Part shown: in pieces, positions 51,300 through 64,000 of the stretch
How the letters are laid out: the number at the start of each line of letters is the position of its first letter
Position numbering within the stretch: the first letter of the stretch is position 1
Origin: Geosiphon pyriformis uo1
Lineage: Eukaryota > Fungi > Glomeromycota
Assembly (NCBI GenBank): GCA_016748015.1
Contig: JAAOMT010000502.1
Span: 62,001 to 126,000, forward strand
Length of the DNA stretch: 64,000 nt
Direction of reading: 5' to 3'
Made by a program: the position numbers and the translations under genes
Notes under the pieces: generated by a model
The model's input: only the letters and a program-made list of their open reading frames with translations
Database searches by the model: none
What the model was told of the DNA's origin: nothing

Positions 51300-53188
51300 A
51301 AATTTTTTTGTCCCAAAAAATAAGGGGATTTAAAATATTTTCTTAATTCATTAATTTTAAGATCAGAATTTTTAAAATTCTTCTTTTTTAATATTTGTTA
51401 TAACGGAATTCTGAACAGAATGGGTAGTTATATTATTTTCGAGAGTGTCAGAATTTGATTTAAGTATATTTTTAATTCTAAATCCTTCATTTAAGAAAAA
51501 CATAATTGAGTTTTTTATTCTACATGTTTTCAATGATGAAGGAAAATTTATTGATTAGCAATCATTCAATCTGGGTGTGAAGGCAAATAAAAAGCAAAAG
51601 ATGAGAAACAAATACATACCCACTAATATTGCTGGATATAGCGAATAAAATGTGAACTGAAAGATATTCATTTCTCTAATTTTGGATTGTAAAAATTGTT
51701 TAATAACTGTGATCACCGAATAATTTTTAAATTCACTATTTTCCAAATTTTTAAAAAGCAAAAAATACCTTTATTACTTGCATAAAAATGAAGGTAAATC
51801 CAGATATCTAGGAAAAAAAAAGAATTTACCATTAAAAATTAGTGCACAACTTAATGAGCAAGAAAATAAGATGGTATCATATCAATCATTCCATTGAACT
51901 CACCAATTGATATGCATATAATAAACAATAACTAAAGATTTTTCGATTGACTACATTTTGTACTCGGCTGAATCGGTCTCTTTCATATCCTGAAGTCCCA
52001 ACTCCGTTTTCCGATTGTTCATTTGTAGAGAAAGCTGAACTTTCTGAACTGATAATACTGTCTTTAAAGTACGTTGATAACAGAACCCAATCCAACTAAT
52101 CGCTATCAAGTGAAGACCGAGCAGAACACAATTCATTGGGTTAATGAATGTTTTTTCAGCTCCGGTGTAACACCTAGAGATTAAATAAGTTATCACGAAG
52201 TTTAGCAAGTATAATGTTTAAATAAAAAATTTACAATAACTTACCAATATGTCTCCTTCCCAACATTATTTTCTTGTTTCATGCCAGCAAATGTTGTGAG
52301 AATAATAAGTACCACCCCAGGGATAAGCAATCTCCAATAATAAACTCCGAGAGATATTCGCTTTTTTCGACACATTAAAAAATGAAAAATGAAAAATTAT
52401 GTATATAGTATGTACTATAATATTAAAAACTAAAAGATAATCTAATTGATGTACCTCTGAGATAGACAATTGTAGCAATTATAACAGATAATGTGAGGTC
52501 AATAGCAAAAAACGAATAAAAGAATTTTAGCTAAAACGCTGCAAATATCTAGCCGCCAGAGCCGAAGATGAACAAATGAATAACTCTATCGACACGAATA
52601 GAAAGAAAATTATACATTAGTAATTTATAACACGGGTTGCTTTAAACCCATAAAATTTAAGCCAATCAAAAAGGACCTACCATATTGATTAACGATTGCA
52701 CGCTTAAGAAAAAACCTAGGTGTATAAAATAAGATATCAAAAGCATTGGTTAGTTGCTCATAAATCTAAAGCCAGAAGTCCATTCAACAAATGCTTACTA
52801 TTCAATCCTAAAAAGGAGGGCACAGTCAATGACATTGATAACGGTTCTCTATTATTAGAAATCCATATTCTAAACACTTGTTCAAAAACCAAAAAACACC
52901 CAAGAGCTGATATTAATGCTTTTAACAGCCCGAAGCCAGTAACAAGTCGTGTTTGAAATGGCAAAAAAGTAGGAGTTTCAATTTCGTTCTCAATATCTCG
53001 TTTTTCAAGTATATTATAAATTATCTGAGAATTTTTCAATGGAACGAAGGTAAAATTGAGGCAGAAACTAAAAGGATAATAAAAAGACTAAAGAGCAACA
53101 TAGTTGATATTAAAAGAATTGTAACTCTTAAGTGGCTAGATGTTTGAAAGCATTTTAATAAAGCTAATTTTGTAATTAAAGAGGCCAT
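51300..53188 (-). pseudogene. Inverted-orientation pseudogene paralog of the 8-exon GPCR-like gene (3' boundary approximate)
   Basis: Same exons as 59794-61551. Lesions: 1-nt deletion near 53040 (TGA at 53038-53036), extra A in exon 3 near 52525, and exon-4 acceptor AG>AA near 52375. Confidence 0.85.
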
Positions 53189-56100
53189 GGAGTGAAAAAG
53201 TTAAAATCGGGTTTCTAAGGATTTATCAAGTGAGAAACTTTCCTTTCCTATTTATTCTAAAGGAAGATTTAAAAAAATACCGCGATGAATTAGTGGTATT
53301 CAAAATTCTGCATGATAATTTATATTCATAAAGCTATGCTACCTTAATAAACAAGAATTTTACAATAGTCTATAAAATTTTGAGTGACATCCTCGCAAGT
53401 TTTTAAATGTATTATTTGTGTCAAATATACCTTTGGAACTTTGTCTAACTGTAGATTAACTTCTATGGGGTAGTTAGCAATCACAAAATTTTAAGAGATT
53501 GTAAAAATTACTTGAATATTTTTATTTGATAAAGTTTTCTGTTTCTCAAGAAAAAAACTCTGAAAACTAAATATCTTTTCAAGGAAACCACATATTAATA
53601 TCTATTAAAAAATACTATAATTGAACGTGTGAACCTTTTAAGAGGCAAAAAGAGATTGAATTGTAGTAATCTTTCCGAATGATAATAAATATATCTTTAG
53701 CAAGAGAATGACTTGCAAGCCCAATTCAAGAATCTTTCTTCAATATAAGATGAATTTTTATTTGGTGATTGTTTTGTAAAACTTTATCAGAAAATTTCTC
53801 GAAACTTATTGAATTAATAAATAAACGAGAGTTTGAAAATATTATCAACCTGGTATATATTTTATAAATTCCGGCATTAACATGATAGTTTTTTTGATTA
53901 GAAACTATATCTTTAAAGTCTGAAGAAAGCTTACAAAACTTTGAAGCATATCGCTCACATTTATCGAAGCATGCTGGAAAAATTGAAGCCTTAATACTCA
54001 CGCGCAAATATATATTGCTGTTTTACTTAAAATATGAAACGCAATTAAGTAATTAAATTGGCAAAATGTTCAACCAAGATTGTCTATTTCATTTTTAGTT
54101 TGCAAAAGTGTAAATAATATTTGTGAACTAAATTCTTATTTTTTTTTTTGAACTTGAGCTCAATTAATGTTCGCAATTAGAAAATTACAGAAATTTTATA
54201 GACCCATTTTGATTTAAGAAGTTCCCTAATTAGCTAAAATTGATAAATCTGACATTTTTTCCAGCTGTACATTAACTATTGTAGACAGATTAGCAATCGC
54301 AAAGTTAGTGAGCATCGTTTGATAAGCAAAAAATATATTTTAGTGGATAAGTTTTTCTGCTTTTCGAGCAAAAACTACAAAATTGATACAATAAAAATTG
54401 AGGCCTAATTTTTTATCATATTATTAATAAACTTACAATATGAGGCAAAACGAATTTAATTTTACTAATTTGACCCCTCGTTTCCGAATCATTCTTCAGC
54501 TATATAGAAACCAAAACGTTCGTAAAAAAAATTACCGAAAACAAAATAATCATTTTATATTATAATATCCTTTTGCTGTTTTTGTTGTTGTTCATCATTA
54601 AAAATCATATATATATATGAATATAATACCTCAAAATGAATTAAGAACTTTAAAGAGCAAAATTAATTCCTCTTTTAATATAAAGAAATTCTTTTGAAAA
54701 TTTCAATAATGATTTTACTTTATCTTGCAGAGCTTTTAAACACATTTAAATGCAGGGGATTTAGTTAAGGTTTTAGTGATGTTTACCTAATAGCTGATGA
54801 GTTAATTATACAACATGTACTTTCTTTTACATGATGTAATTTCTGCTCTGTTATAATTGTTAACATTATGTTATCTCAGAGGGATAAAAATCAATTAGAT
54901 TATCTTTATGATATCACTGATTAATTTTTAGTTTTCAGTGTCATAATATAAAAATATAAATTTCCCACTTTTTTAATGTACTGATAAAAGCTAATACTTT
55001 CAGAATTTATGATTGGAAATTGTTTATACCTGGGATATTACGAATAATTATCATATTATTAATTTAAATCAAAAGAGAGAATAATTTTGGCAAATAAACA
55101 TATAAATAAGTTATTTTAGATTTTTTCTTTAACAATAATCTTCCTAAGCTTAGCGATAATTTATTTAAATTTTAGTTGCTACTTCAGACCCAAAAAAAAA
55201 AGGTTAATTCATTTAATGAATTATATTCGGTCTTCACTTTGTTATTGATTAGTTGGGATCAGGTTCTGTTCAGCACCATTTACATAGCGTATGAAATTTC
55301 ATTTGCAGGACAATGATAATTTACAATATATATATTCATATTTAATATTTGCTAAAAAATTTAAATATTTTGAATAAGGAATGATCAAATATTTACATAT
55401 CTAAAACCGTTTTTTTTTTTCCAATCAACAAGACTTTATTAAGATTCTGCAAAAAAACAAAAAGATTAATATAATATGATAAATATTACATTTATTAACG
55501 ATTTACTCATAAGAAAAAAGTGGCAAAAAAAAAATGAAAATAAAAACTTTGCAATCAGATCTTGTACCACTCCAACATTTTGTGCAACACAGGTAGTTCT
55601 ATACCTCATCTGTGTTTCTTTTAAGTTTAAGTGTTATTGGTTTATTCTTGACAAATAAAAATTTCTTTAATAATAAAATATTTTTTTTTAGAAAAAAAAA
55701 AGCTTAGGCATCTAAAATAATAAATACCCGAATTTATTGATAAAGGATCCCTTAATATTATATATATTTTTTCCCTTTTAACATGAAATTTGAGATTTCA
55801 TCATTCTTACTATTTTAAACTTTTTTAAATTTCAAATATGAAAATAGAAACCCATATATATCTTAAATTAAATAATTTATTCCTCATTTGTCTCGATTTC
55901 TTGAACATGTGAAATTTAATGCAGGTATTGAGAAATTCCTATTGGTCAATTTATTGACTCTGTGCTTTTCGAGAGGATATCAAGTCAAACAAAATTAATG
56001 GAATGCAAAATTTTTTCGTCCATGTTGATCTATAGTAATGTTTAGCAGATGGGGTGTGCGTAAAGATTACATCATATTGAAGCTTTAAACTGCCAAAAAA

Positions 56101-56550
56101 AACAAATCATGATGTAAATTACAACTTAACTTAAAAAACCACGTTTGTTTTAGTAAGATCTTTTGATTTTATAAGCGTCATATATACGTTCAAGAAGCTT
56201 CATGACACAATATCCCAGATTCTAGTGTAGCTTTTAAGAAATTTGTCATTACGATTGACTGAAGTCACTATGATTTTGTGTTTTATGATTAAATATTGAT
56301 TTCCCTGTTATACTTGCAACTCATATAAGAGGACGGATTTTATTATCGCATTAGCTTAAGCTTACAGTACGTTTCTTGTAACCCTTAATACTCTCCACAG
56401 TATTGTCCAATCGCCAATGAAAATATTTGTTGAGCTCTTGGTGAAAATCAAGAATCAATAAACGTCAAATAATTTCTAGCATAGTATTACTGTTTTTTTT
56501 TTTAATTCCAAACTACGAAGTTTTAGAAAATAAATTTTTGGATTGTAAAA

Positions 56551-57084
56551 ATGACTACACTTCATAAACGTAACGAAGAAAGAACCCATGAAGGTTTGTT
56601 CGTCCAAAAAATGACAAAAGTTTGGATATTTTTCTAAAACTTCTTTTTACTTAAATTGGAAAATATTTCGTCGAAAAAGAAAACCAGGAGCGAGCATTTA
56701 TCGCTGCTAGTCATCGAGGAGTAAGTCTTCATGTTTATTTGAATATTTTTTTACTGATACAAATTCAGACTTATTATGATATATTGGTGGATCTTTGATT
56801 TTTTGGCAAATCATTTTATTTTACTTTGAATCATGCGTGCTTCAATTTAGGATCGAAGCATAGAAGCGCGCATGGAGTCAGCACGTAAAGCGTCTGAAAT
56901 CCACAAAAAGCGCACTGGAAAAGCACTGCACATCACGGAGCAAGATGTTCGAAACGAAGAAATGTACCGCGAAATTGATCCAGAAGAGGAAAAAAAGTTA
57001 GAAACCTACTATCGTGAGGTGATTGGTGAACCTCCACAATCTCAAGGTGCTGGGGCTCCTTTCAATAAACGAGGATCCCAATAA
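56551..57084 (+). CDS. Small charged 105-aa protein of unknown function; exons 56551-56593, 56680-56720, 56851-57084
   Basis: Two introns splice in frame to give MTTLHKRNEERTHEENQERAFIAASHRGDRSIEARMESARKASEIHKKRTGKALHITEQDVRNEEMYREIDPEEEKKLETYYREVIGEPPQSQGAGAPFNKRGSQ. Confidence 0.88.
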
Positions 57085-59659
57085 ACTTAGCAATCGATTT
57101 TTGAAAGGGTATTTTGATTCATTCTCTTATTCCCGAGTGAATGAATTTTTAAAGATTTCTTTTCGCAAAGAAATAATCTATTTCTAGCTCCTTTACATGA
57201 ACATATATCCTGCCCTTTATGAAGGATCAATTGTCTATTTTCCTTTATTTCGCTTTTCAGCTATTAAAAATCCCATAGTAAGTTGAAGATGTTAGCAAAA
57301 TAAATAGTACTCGATTTTTTTATTTATTCAAGATCTGAAAGCTTAATTACAAAGAAATTCCCGGCGTCTTACGTGAGAGCAGGAATTATATTGGTAGAAA
57401 TTTAAGATTAAATGTTAGGCCAAAAGATGATGCTATTTTCATCCCAAGAACAAATAATGCCATAGGTAATATTTTTTGCTAATAATCGAATTTAAAATGT
57501 TATCTTAAAACCTTATTTTAATATATACTTAAGAAATTGAACGTTCTCCACAAAAAATAGGTCTAGATTCCGTGGATATTTTTTTGGTAGCAAGTTAGAT
57601 ATATAACTTTAACAAAACACTGATTTCAAACAGAATATTTGAATAAATTTTTTCTTTTTCAAAAAAAAAAAAAAAAATTTCAAAAAGAAATTTTAGCTTC
57701 ATTATAGAAGAGTAATATTAATAAAATGGAACAATTTTCTACATTTATTCTTTATCATCCATTTTTCTTAAATATTATTTTACAGGATGTTTGCCCAATT
57801 AGAAATGGCGATACATAAAATTGGGAGGCCAATAAACCTTAAGTCATTTTTTGGGAGATTTGGTTTCCTAAAAAAAAATGTGAATATTTATTTAAAATCA
57901 TAGGGAGTCTTATTTTTAAAAACAATGGAATTGGATCAAGAGTAATATATGTATAATGTAAATTGCATATTAGAATGAATTTCTTTTATATAAAATTATA
58001 ATTTTCAAACAACTATTGGTCAAAACATTTAATACTTTAACCCAACCATTATAGTATTTATATTGGTCAGAATAAAACTTAAGAAAAGTTTTAAGTAGAC
58101 AAAAATATATGAAAATTTTTTTTCTAGCCCTAATTTTGGGTATATAATTTAAGCTAACTTTTGAGACTTCTTTCAAGTTTCTTTTTTTTTCAATAAAAAT
58201 CATCAAAGAATTTATTTTTAGACATAGAATATTTGCTTATAAGTTGAGTTCAAGCTGAAATTTAAAAGAATACTTTAAAAAAAAAATACAGGTAGTTAAA
58301 TATTGCTTGAAATAGTTCTTATTAAATAAATATACATTATTTTTATTAAGATAAAAAAATCTTAAATTTTTAAACAATTTGTTTTAAATAAATTGAAAAA
58401 TATTAATATAAATCTTTAAAAAAGCAATTTACACAAACAAATTTAGATTTTGTGAAATTGATCATTATAAAAACTGATCGTAAAATATTTAAATGTTTCG
58501 ATCGATATGTATTCAACAATATCTATTTTTTGTGGCCAACAGAAAAAATATCTCGAGAAAAAGATTTCACTATTTTTAATTTATTTTTCAGACTAATGCT
58601 TGGGAAGTAATGTAAAAACAAGACTTAAAAATTTTCGACTTGCTTAATAACAAATTTTTTGGACTAAAAGTTTGCATTAAGAATCTTGAAAATGTTTCAA
58701 GTGAAAAAATGTGCTATCAATTACCATAAAATTAAATCCTATTCCTTAGAAAAATTATGAAATCAATTTCTTTTCTGTTCATCATTCGAATTTCATCTTC
58801 TCAATTAATTAATATTCAGGAATGGGAAATATGAGATGAAAAAATTTTCTTCATCTCTTTAATTTCTATTTAAAAAAATTTGTATGAATTTTAAAGATAT
58901 ACATAATTTTCGATAACAAATTTAAAAAATTTGAAAATGACATTAAAAGAAATTTCTGTAACACGATTTTAATTTTAGAATGTCGTATACTTTATTATGA
59001 CTCGTACCTTGATATTAAAAATCTGTATGACGAGCTTTTAGATAAGAGTTTAGTGAAATTCAAAGATGTGTACCCAATAATAATTGTTATCTTTGTTGTT
59101 CGAACCCAATAGCATTGAAGAATAACACTTAGGACAATTCTTACAATGATTCACAATACTTTTATGCTGAAACCTGATTGGTACCTATTGACGAAGATCG
59201 GATTAACGAAAAATTTTTACCATAAAAATTATTTATTTGAACAAAACCATTTATTTAAATAATTTTAAAAAATTATGTAGTTCAACATTTTTAAATAATT
59301 TATTTTGAAATTAAACAACATGACAGAATAACTTAATATTAAATATTAAAGAATAATTTCACCTATTGCACATAATATAAATTCAAAAATAGTAACAAAA
59401 TGCTTACATCCTTGCTCAAAAATAAACTGTATCAAGAAAAAATTTGCATATTATTATAAAAATAATATTGCCACATCTTTTACACTTACTAAAGACACTT
59501 CTTTTTCCAAATAAAACAATCTATTTGCAATCACGTAATGCTGAATTATTTATTCATTCAAACTAAGGTTTTTAATTAAATTAATTAAATTAATCATTTT
59601 TTGAAAATCAGTTATTTAATCATTACACTGATAATCATGTGGTTTAAAACTTTATATAG

Positions 59660-59690
59660 TTAATCCGAAGCACCATTAACTTCGGATTAA
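59660..59690. promoter_or_regulatory. Perfect 11-bp inverted repeat about 100 bp upstream of the GPCR-like gene
   Basis: TTAATCCGAAG-N9-CTTCGGATTAA, followed by TATAAAT near 59713. A regulatory role is inferred only. Confidence 0.45.
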
Positions 59691-59793
59691 TGAGTATTGT
59701 GTCCTATTTTAATATAAATGGGAATAGAAAGAGTTTTTACTTAATTTCGACTTATCTTTGATATCTAACTACCATTTTCAGCTTTTTCCCTTA

Positions 59794-61551
59794 ATGACCT
59801 CTTTAATACTAAAGCCAGCTTTATTAAAATGCTATCAATCATATAGTCCTTTAGGAGTTAAAATTCTTTTGACCCCTTTAGTTTCTGCATTAACTTTACC
59901 TTCCTTTACATTGAAAAATTCTCAAATAAATTATGGATATATACTTGAAAAAGAAGAAATTAAAGCTTCCACTTTTTTGCCACTTCAAACACGACTTGTT
60001 ACTGGCTTCGGGATGTTAACGGCATTAATATCAGCTCTTGGATGTTTATTGGTTTTTAAATATGTGTTTAAAATGTGGGTTTCCAATGACAAAGAATGGT
60101 CTTCAATGTCATTGACTGTGCCCTTCTTTTTAGGATTGAATAGTGTGTATTATTTAGATGGAATTTTAGCTTTAGATTTATAGACAAATAACTAATACTT
60201 TTGATATCTTACTCGCTACACCCAGGTTTTTTCTTAAGTGTGCAATCGCTAATAAATATGGTAGGTCCTTTTGATTGGCTTGAAGTTTATGGGTTTAAAG
60301 CAACACATGTCATAAATCACTAATGTATAATTTTCTTCCATTCGTTTTGGTAGAGTTATCCATTTGTTCATCTTCGTCTCTGGCAACTAGATATTTGCAG
60401 CCTTTTAGCTAAATTCTTTTATTCGTTTTTTGCTATTGATCTCACATTATCGGTTACAATTGCTACCGTTGTTTATTTAAGAGGTATATAAATCAATCGA
60501 TCAATCAATCAATTCATCCCTAAATAAATTTTTGTCTTTAATAATGTAAAATAAAAATTTTTAGCGTGCAGAAAAAAGCGAATATCTCTCGGAGTTTATG
60601 ATTGGAAATTGCTTATCCCTGGGGTAGTACTAATTATTCTCACAACAGTTGCTGGCATGAAACAAGAAAATAATGTTGGGAAGGAGACATATTGGTAAGT
60701 TATTATAGATTTTTTGTTTAAACACTATATTTGCTAAACTTAATGTTAACTTATTTGATTTCTAGGTGCTACTCCGGAGCCGAAGAAACACTTGTTAACT
60801 TAATGAATTGTGTTCTGCTTGGTCTTCACTTGGTAGCAATTAGTTGGATCGGATTCTGTTATCAACGCACTTTACATAGTGTATCATCAGTTCAGAAAGC
60901 TCAGATTTCTATACAAAATGAAAAATGGGAAAACGGACCAGCGATTTTGATGTATGGAAAAGTACGATCCAACCGAGCACAAATCGTGATCAATCGAAAA
61001 ATCTTTAGCTATTGTCTAGCGTATGGATATCAGTTGGTGAGTCTAATGAAGTTTAGAGAATGCAAATTTCTGATTAGTGTAATGTTTGCTTATGAAATTC
61101 TTGAAATAACTTGAGGATTAAATCTTTTCTTTGGCTAGATATCTGGATTTACCTTTATTTTTATGCAAGTAATAAAGGTATTTTTGCTTTTTAAAAATTT
61201 GGAAAATATTGAATTTAAAAATTATTCAGTAATCACAGTTATTAAACAATTTTTAAAATCCAAAATTAGAGAAATGAATATCTTTCAGTTCACATTTTAT
61301 TCGCTATATCTAGCAATATTAGTGGGTATGTATTCTTTTCTCATCACCCTCTAATCTTTGTTTTTGTTTTTTGCCTTCACACGCAAATTGAATAACCACT
61401 AAGCACTAACTTTTCATTTATCATGAAACCATGTAGAATAATAAACTCGCTAATGTTTTTTCTGAATGAAGGATTTCGAATTAAAAATTTACTTCAATTA
61501 GATTCTGATGTGATAAACGATAATGTAAATAAAAAAAAAGAAGTACTTTAG
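59794..61551 (+). CDS. 7-TM GPCR-like receptor (cAMP-receptor/Git3-like clan), 374 aa; exons 59794-60142, 60226-60260, 60354-60483, 60565-60694, 60766-61036, 61139-61177, 61270-61325, 61437-61551
   Basis: Spliced CDS is 1125 nt, in frame, with seven GT-AG introns and seven hydrophobic segments. Motifs SMSLTVPFFLG, DIC (top of TM3), IATVVYLRACR, LGVYDWKL, YWC (ECL2), FCYQRT, INRKIFSY, NISGIINSLMFFLNEG. Confidence 0.85.
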
Positions 61552-64000
61552 AGATTAATTAATTTTTACTCCTAAATTTCTTTAAATATACAATTTTCTG
61601 TTAAAAATTGGTTGAATAAATAACACTGTGAATGTTTTCAGGCATATAAAAAGTAGCTCAGAATAAAATTTGCTAAGAATGTAAAGTGATTAAATTATAA
61701 AGAGGTGTGAATATAAGAATGCAAGGATATTTATGAATAATCCATTATTTAAATCTTCATTTTGGTACGATAATATGTATCATGGAATTTAATAGATGTT
61801 CATTAGCCACAAAATTTTTATTTTAAAAATGTTAAAATTTGATAAAAAAAGATCTGTTCATGTTATAATTCAAGATCAATGTCAAGAAATCTTGAAATAG
61901 AAACCACACATATAGGGTTTTACAAAATCTGATAATATGTTGATAATTTATCAAATAATAATTCTTTTAGTAAATCTGAAAAGTAAATAAAGATTTATGA
62001 AAGATATGTTGAAAATTTTTAATTATTTATTTTTCATAATTGAAAATATTTAAACTTTATAAACTTTTATTTCAAATAAATAATTTTTAACCAATCATTT
62101 TATGATATAAATAATAATATATAATAATATATTATCTACATATATTTTTTCAATAAAAAAATGTTTCCATTAATAATAAATTATCTTTCTTGACACTTTT
62201 TTCATATTGAACAAAATTTAAAAAAATAACTATAAGAATAAGCTAAAATAGAATTTGAATATATTTCATCAAATCCTTCTTATAAACTTTGAAAAAAAGC
62301 ATATATTATCTTTTTCAGTACGTTTAGGAAACAATATATCAAAGGCTTAACTAGTTATTAGATATCAAGTTACTACTAGTACAACAAATGCCGAACATAA
62401 TTTCTCATTAGCATGTGAATTCTTTCTCAGTATTTTAATTTAAATTCATCCCTGAACTTTTAAAAAAACAAGTTACTGAAGTATTTAAGTATTAAGAAAT
62501 TAAAAGCATAATGTCAATATCAAAAAAAAAATTCAAAATATCAAACTATCTTACTTAAAAGTATTTATACCTGGTATTTTAGCAAATTTTGTAAAATAAA
62601 TTCGTGTGAGAGAATAAGATACGTGAAATTATGCCATTTTCTCACTTGAACAAAATGACATTTTTTATACAACCCATCAGAAATTTTTAACTTCCCAACA
62701 ATACCTCTATTCGTCAAAATCTCTTTTACCTTATGGTTCGCTGCCAAAGTATAATTTTAAACCACTGGAATTACATATTCAAATGCAAAAATTTATTCAA
62801 CAAAAAAATTTAACAAGTATTAATTTCATTCGTCACTGCAAATAATATATTTTTGGAATTATGTAATTGATCCAACAAACATACTTTCCTATATATTTTG
62901 TTTTTATGAAAGTTTTTGTGAGGAAATTCTTTCAAAAAATACCCAATCTTCCAAAAGCAAAAGGGACTTATAAATTATTCGAAAAATCAGAGACGAAGAA
63001 AAAAACCATAGTTATCAAAAAACATTTTTAGAATATCAAAAAGAAGATCTACCAATATTTTTTTGCACTAAAACAATTCGACTCTAATTGCTTGTCATCA
63101 ACGACAATAGGGGATTGTGGAACCAAAAGATCGTTATAATATCTCGAAAAATAAATCAAAAGACAATAGATTGTGCATTTTGCGAGTTGCTATTATTTTT
63201 TTTACTCGGCGTTCTATCTAAATGGCTATGCTTCATAACCCAGCTAAAAAAACCAATTGTTTTCAAAATTGAATCTGGAAATAAAAGTCCAAAAACAAAA
63301 TGATTTTCAACGATATTTATTTTACTTATTATACCTGGTTATTATGGAAAAATTTGAAACTGCAGCCCCACTTATGAGCTCAACATAATGACTTTAAAAT
63401 TATCTATTCAAAATTCGGGTCACCTCGTAGCTTTAAAATTAGTTGATTGTCCCACCTAACAAAGTGTTTTCCTGATTGCCATTATTCGTATCGTTAAGAA
63501 CAATAACTGGATGTAATCTGCATGTAATCTGTATGCAACTACTCAAGAGATTATTACCGAGCAAAACCCAACAACTGAGCACATGGAATTAAACGCTTCT
63601 TGTTATGACATGAATGAAATTTTTAAAGAGAAAAATTTTAAGGCCCATTCATTAATCAATCTGAAAAAAAAAATACTTTTCACATAAAAATTGATTTGAT
63701 AGTAAAAAAAAAATGGTTCCAAAGAATATTTTGTTGAAATCCTAATTAAAACGCACGTGCTACTTTGGGACATTAGCTGCTGCTTGAATGAGAAACTTTA
63801 ATTAATCATGTTTTTTCATTCTTAAAAAGTTCAAATTATTCTTGAACTTTACTATATTTGTATCTTGGATTGTTTCTTCATTGTAAGAAAAATACAGTTT
63901 TTATGCATAGGATGGGTAAAAATGATTTGCTAATGACTTAATTAGCTTTTTAGTGTGTGTTATCGCTTTTATTTTATTTAGATTGTGTTGATATTGGCCT

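Noticed and set aside
53380-54050. Possible exon relics on the + strand
   Set aside because: No coherent gene model or family motif.
62380-63450. Possible F-box/LRR gene relic
   Set aside because: Only faint resemblance (e.g. LLPYGSL), with many stops; not supportable without a search.
1-64000. Alternative genetic code, bacterial endosymbiont DNA, or tRNA/rRNA genes
   Set aside because: Intact genes translate with the standard code and have spliceosomal introns. In-frame stops occur only in copies that also carry frameshifts. No structural RNA gene was recognised by eye.

Overview
Very AT-rich, intron-containing fungal genomic DNA. The gene families point to Glomeromycotina: BTB-BACK-TLDc, TKL-like kinase, Sel1, MULE, and a multi-exon 7-TM receptor family. 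The six-intron, 540-aa sugar porter matches my recollection of GpMST1, so the source is probably Geosiphon pyriformis (recalled, not searched). Intact genes reconstructed by hand: the 3' part of an MDR/zeta-crystallin-like oxidoreductase; an MFS monosaccharide transporter; a BTB-BACK-TLDc gene; a head-to-head pair of class-3 lipase-fold genes; a secreted, probably GPI-anchored Asn/Gly-repeat protein; a promethin/LDAF1-like protein; a 105-aa three-exon protein with an ascomycete-like conserved motif; and an eight-exon GPCR-like gene. Much of the rest is birth-and-death debris: frameshifted or deleted copies of the lipase, TLDc and GPCR genes, a kinase pseudogene, a Sel1 fragment, a MULE transposase relic and tandem repeats. 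Most notable: every readable lipase-fold gene has Gly at the nucleophile Ser position (GHGxGG) while keeping the Asp and His of the triad, which suggests secreted pseudo-lipases. All splice models are manual and have no RNA support.
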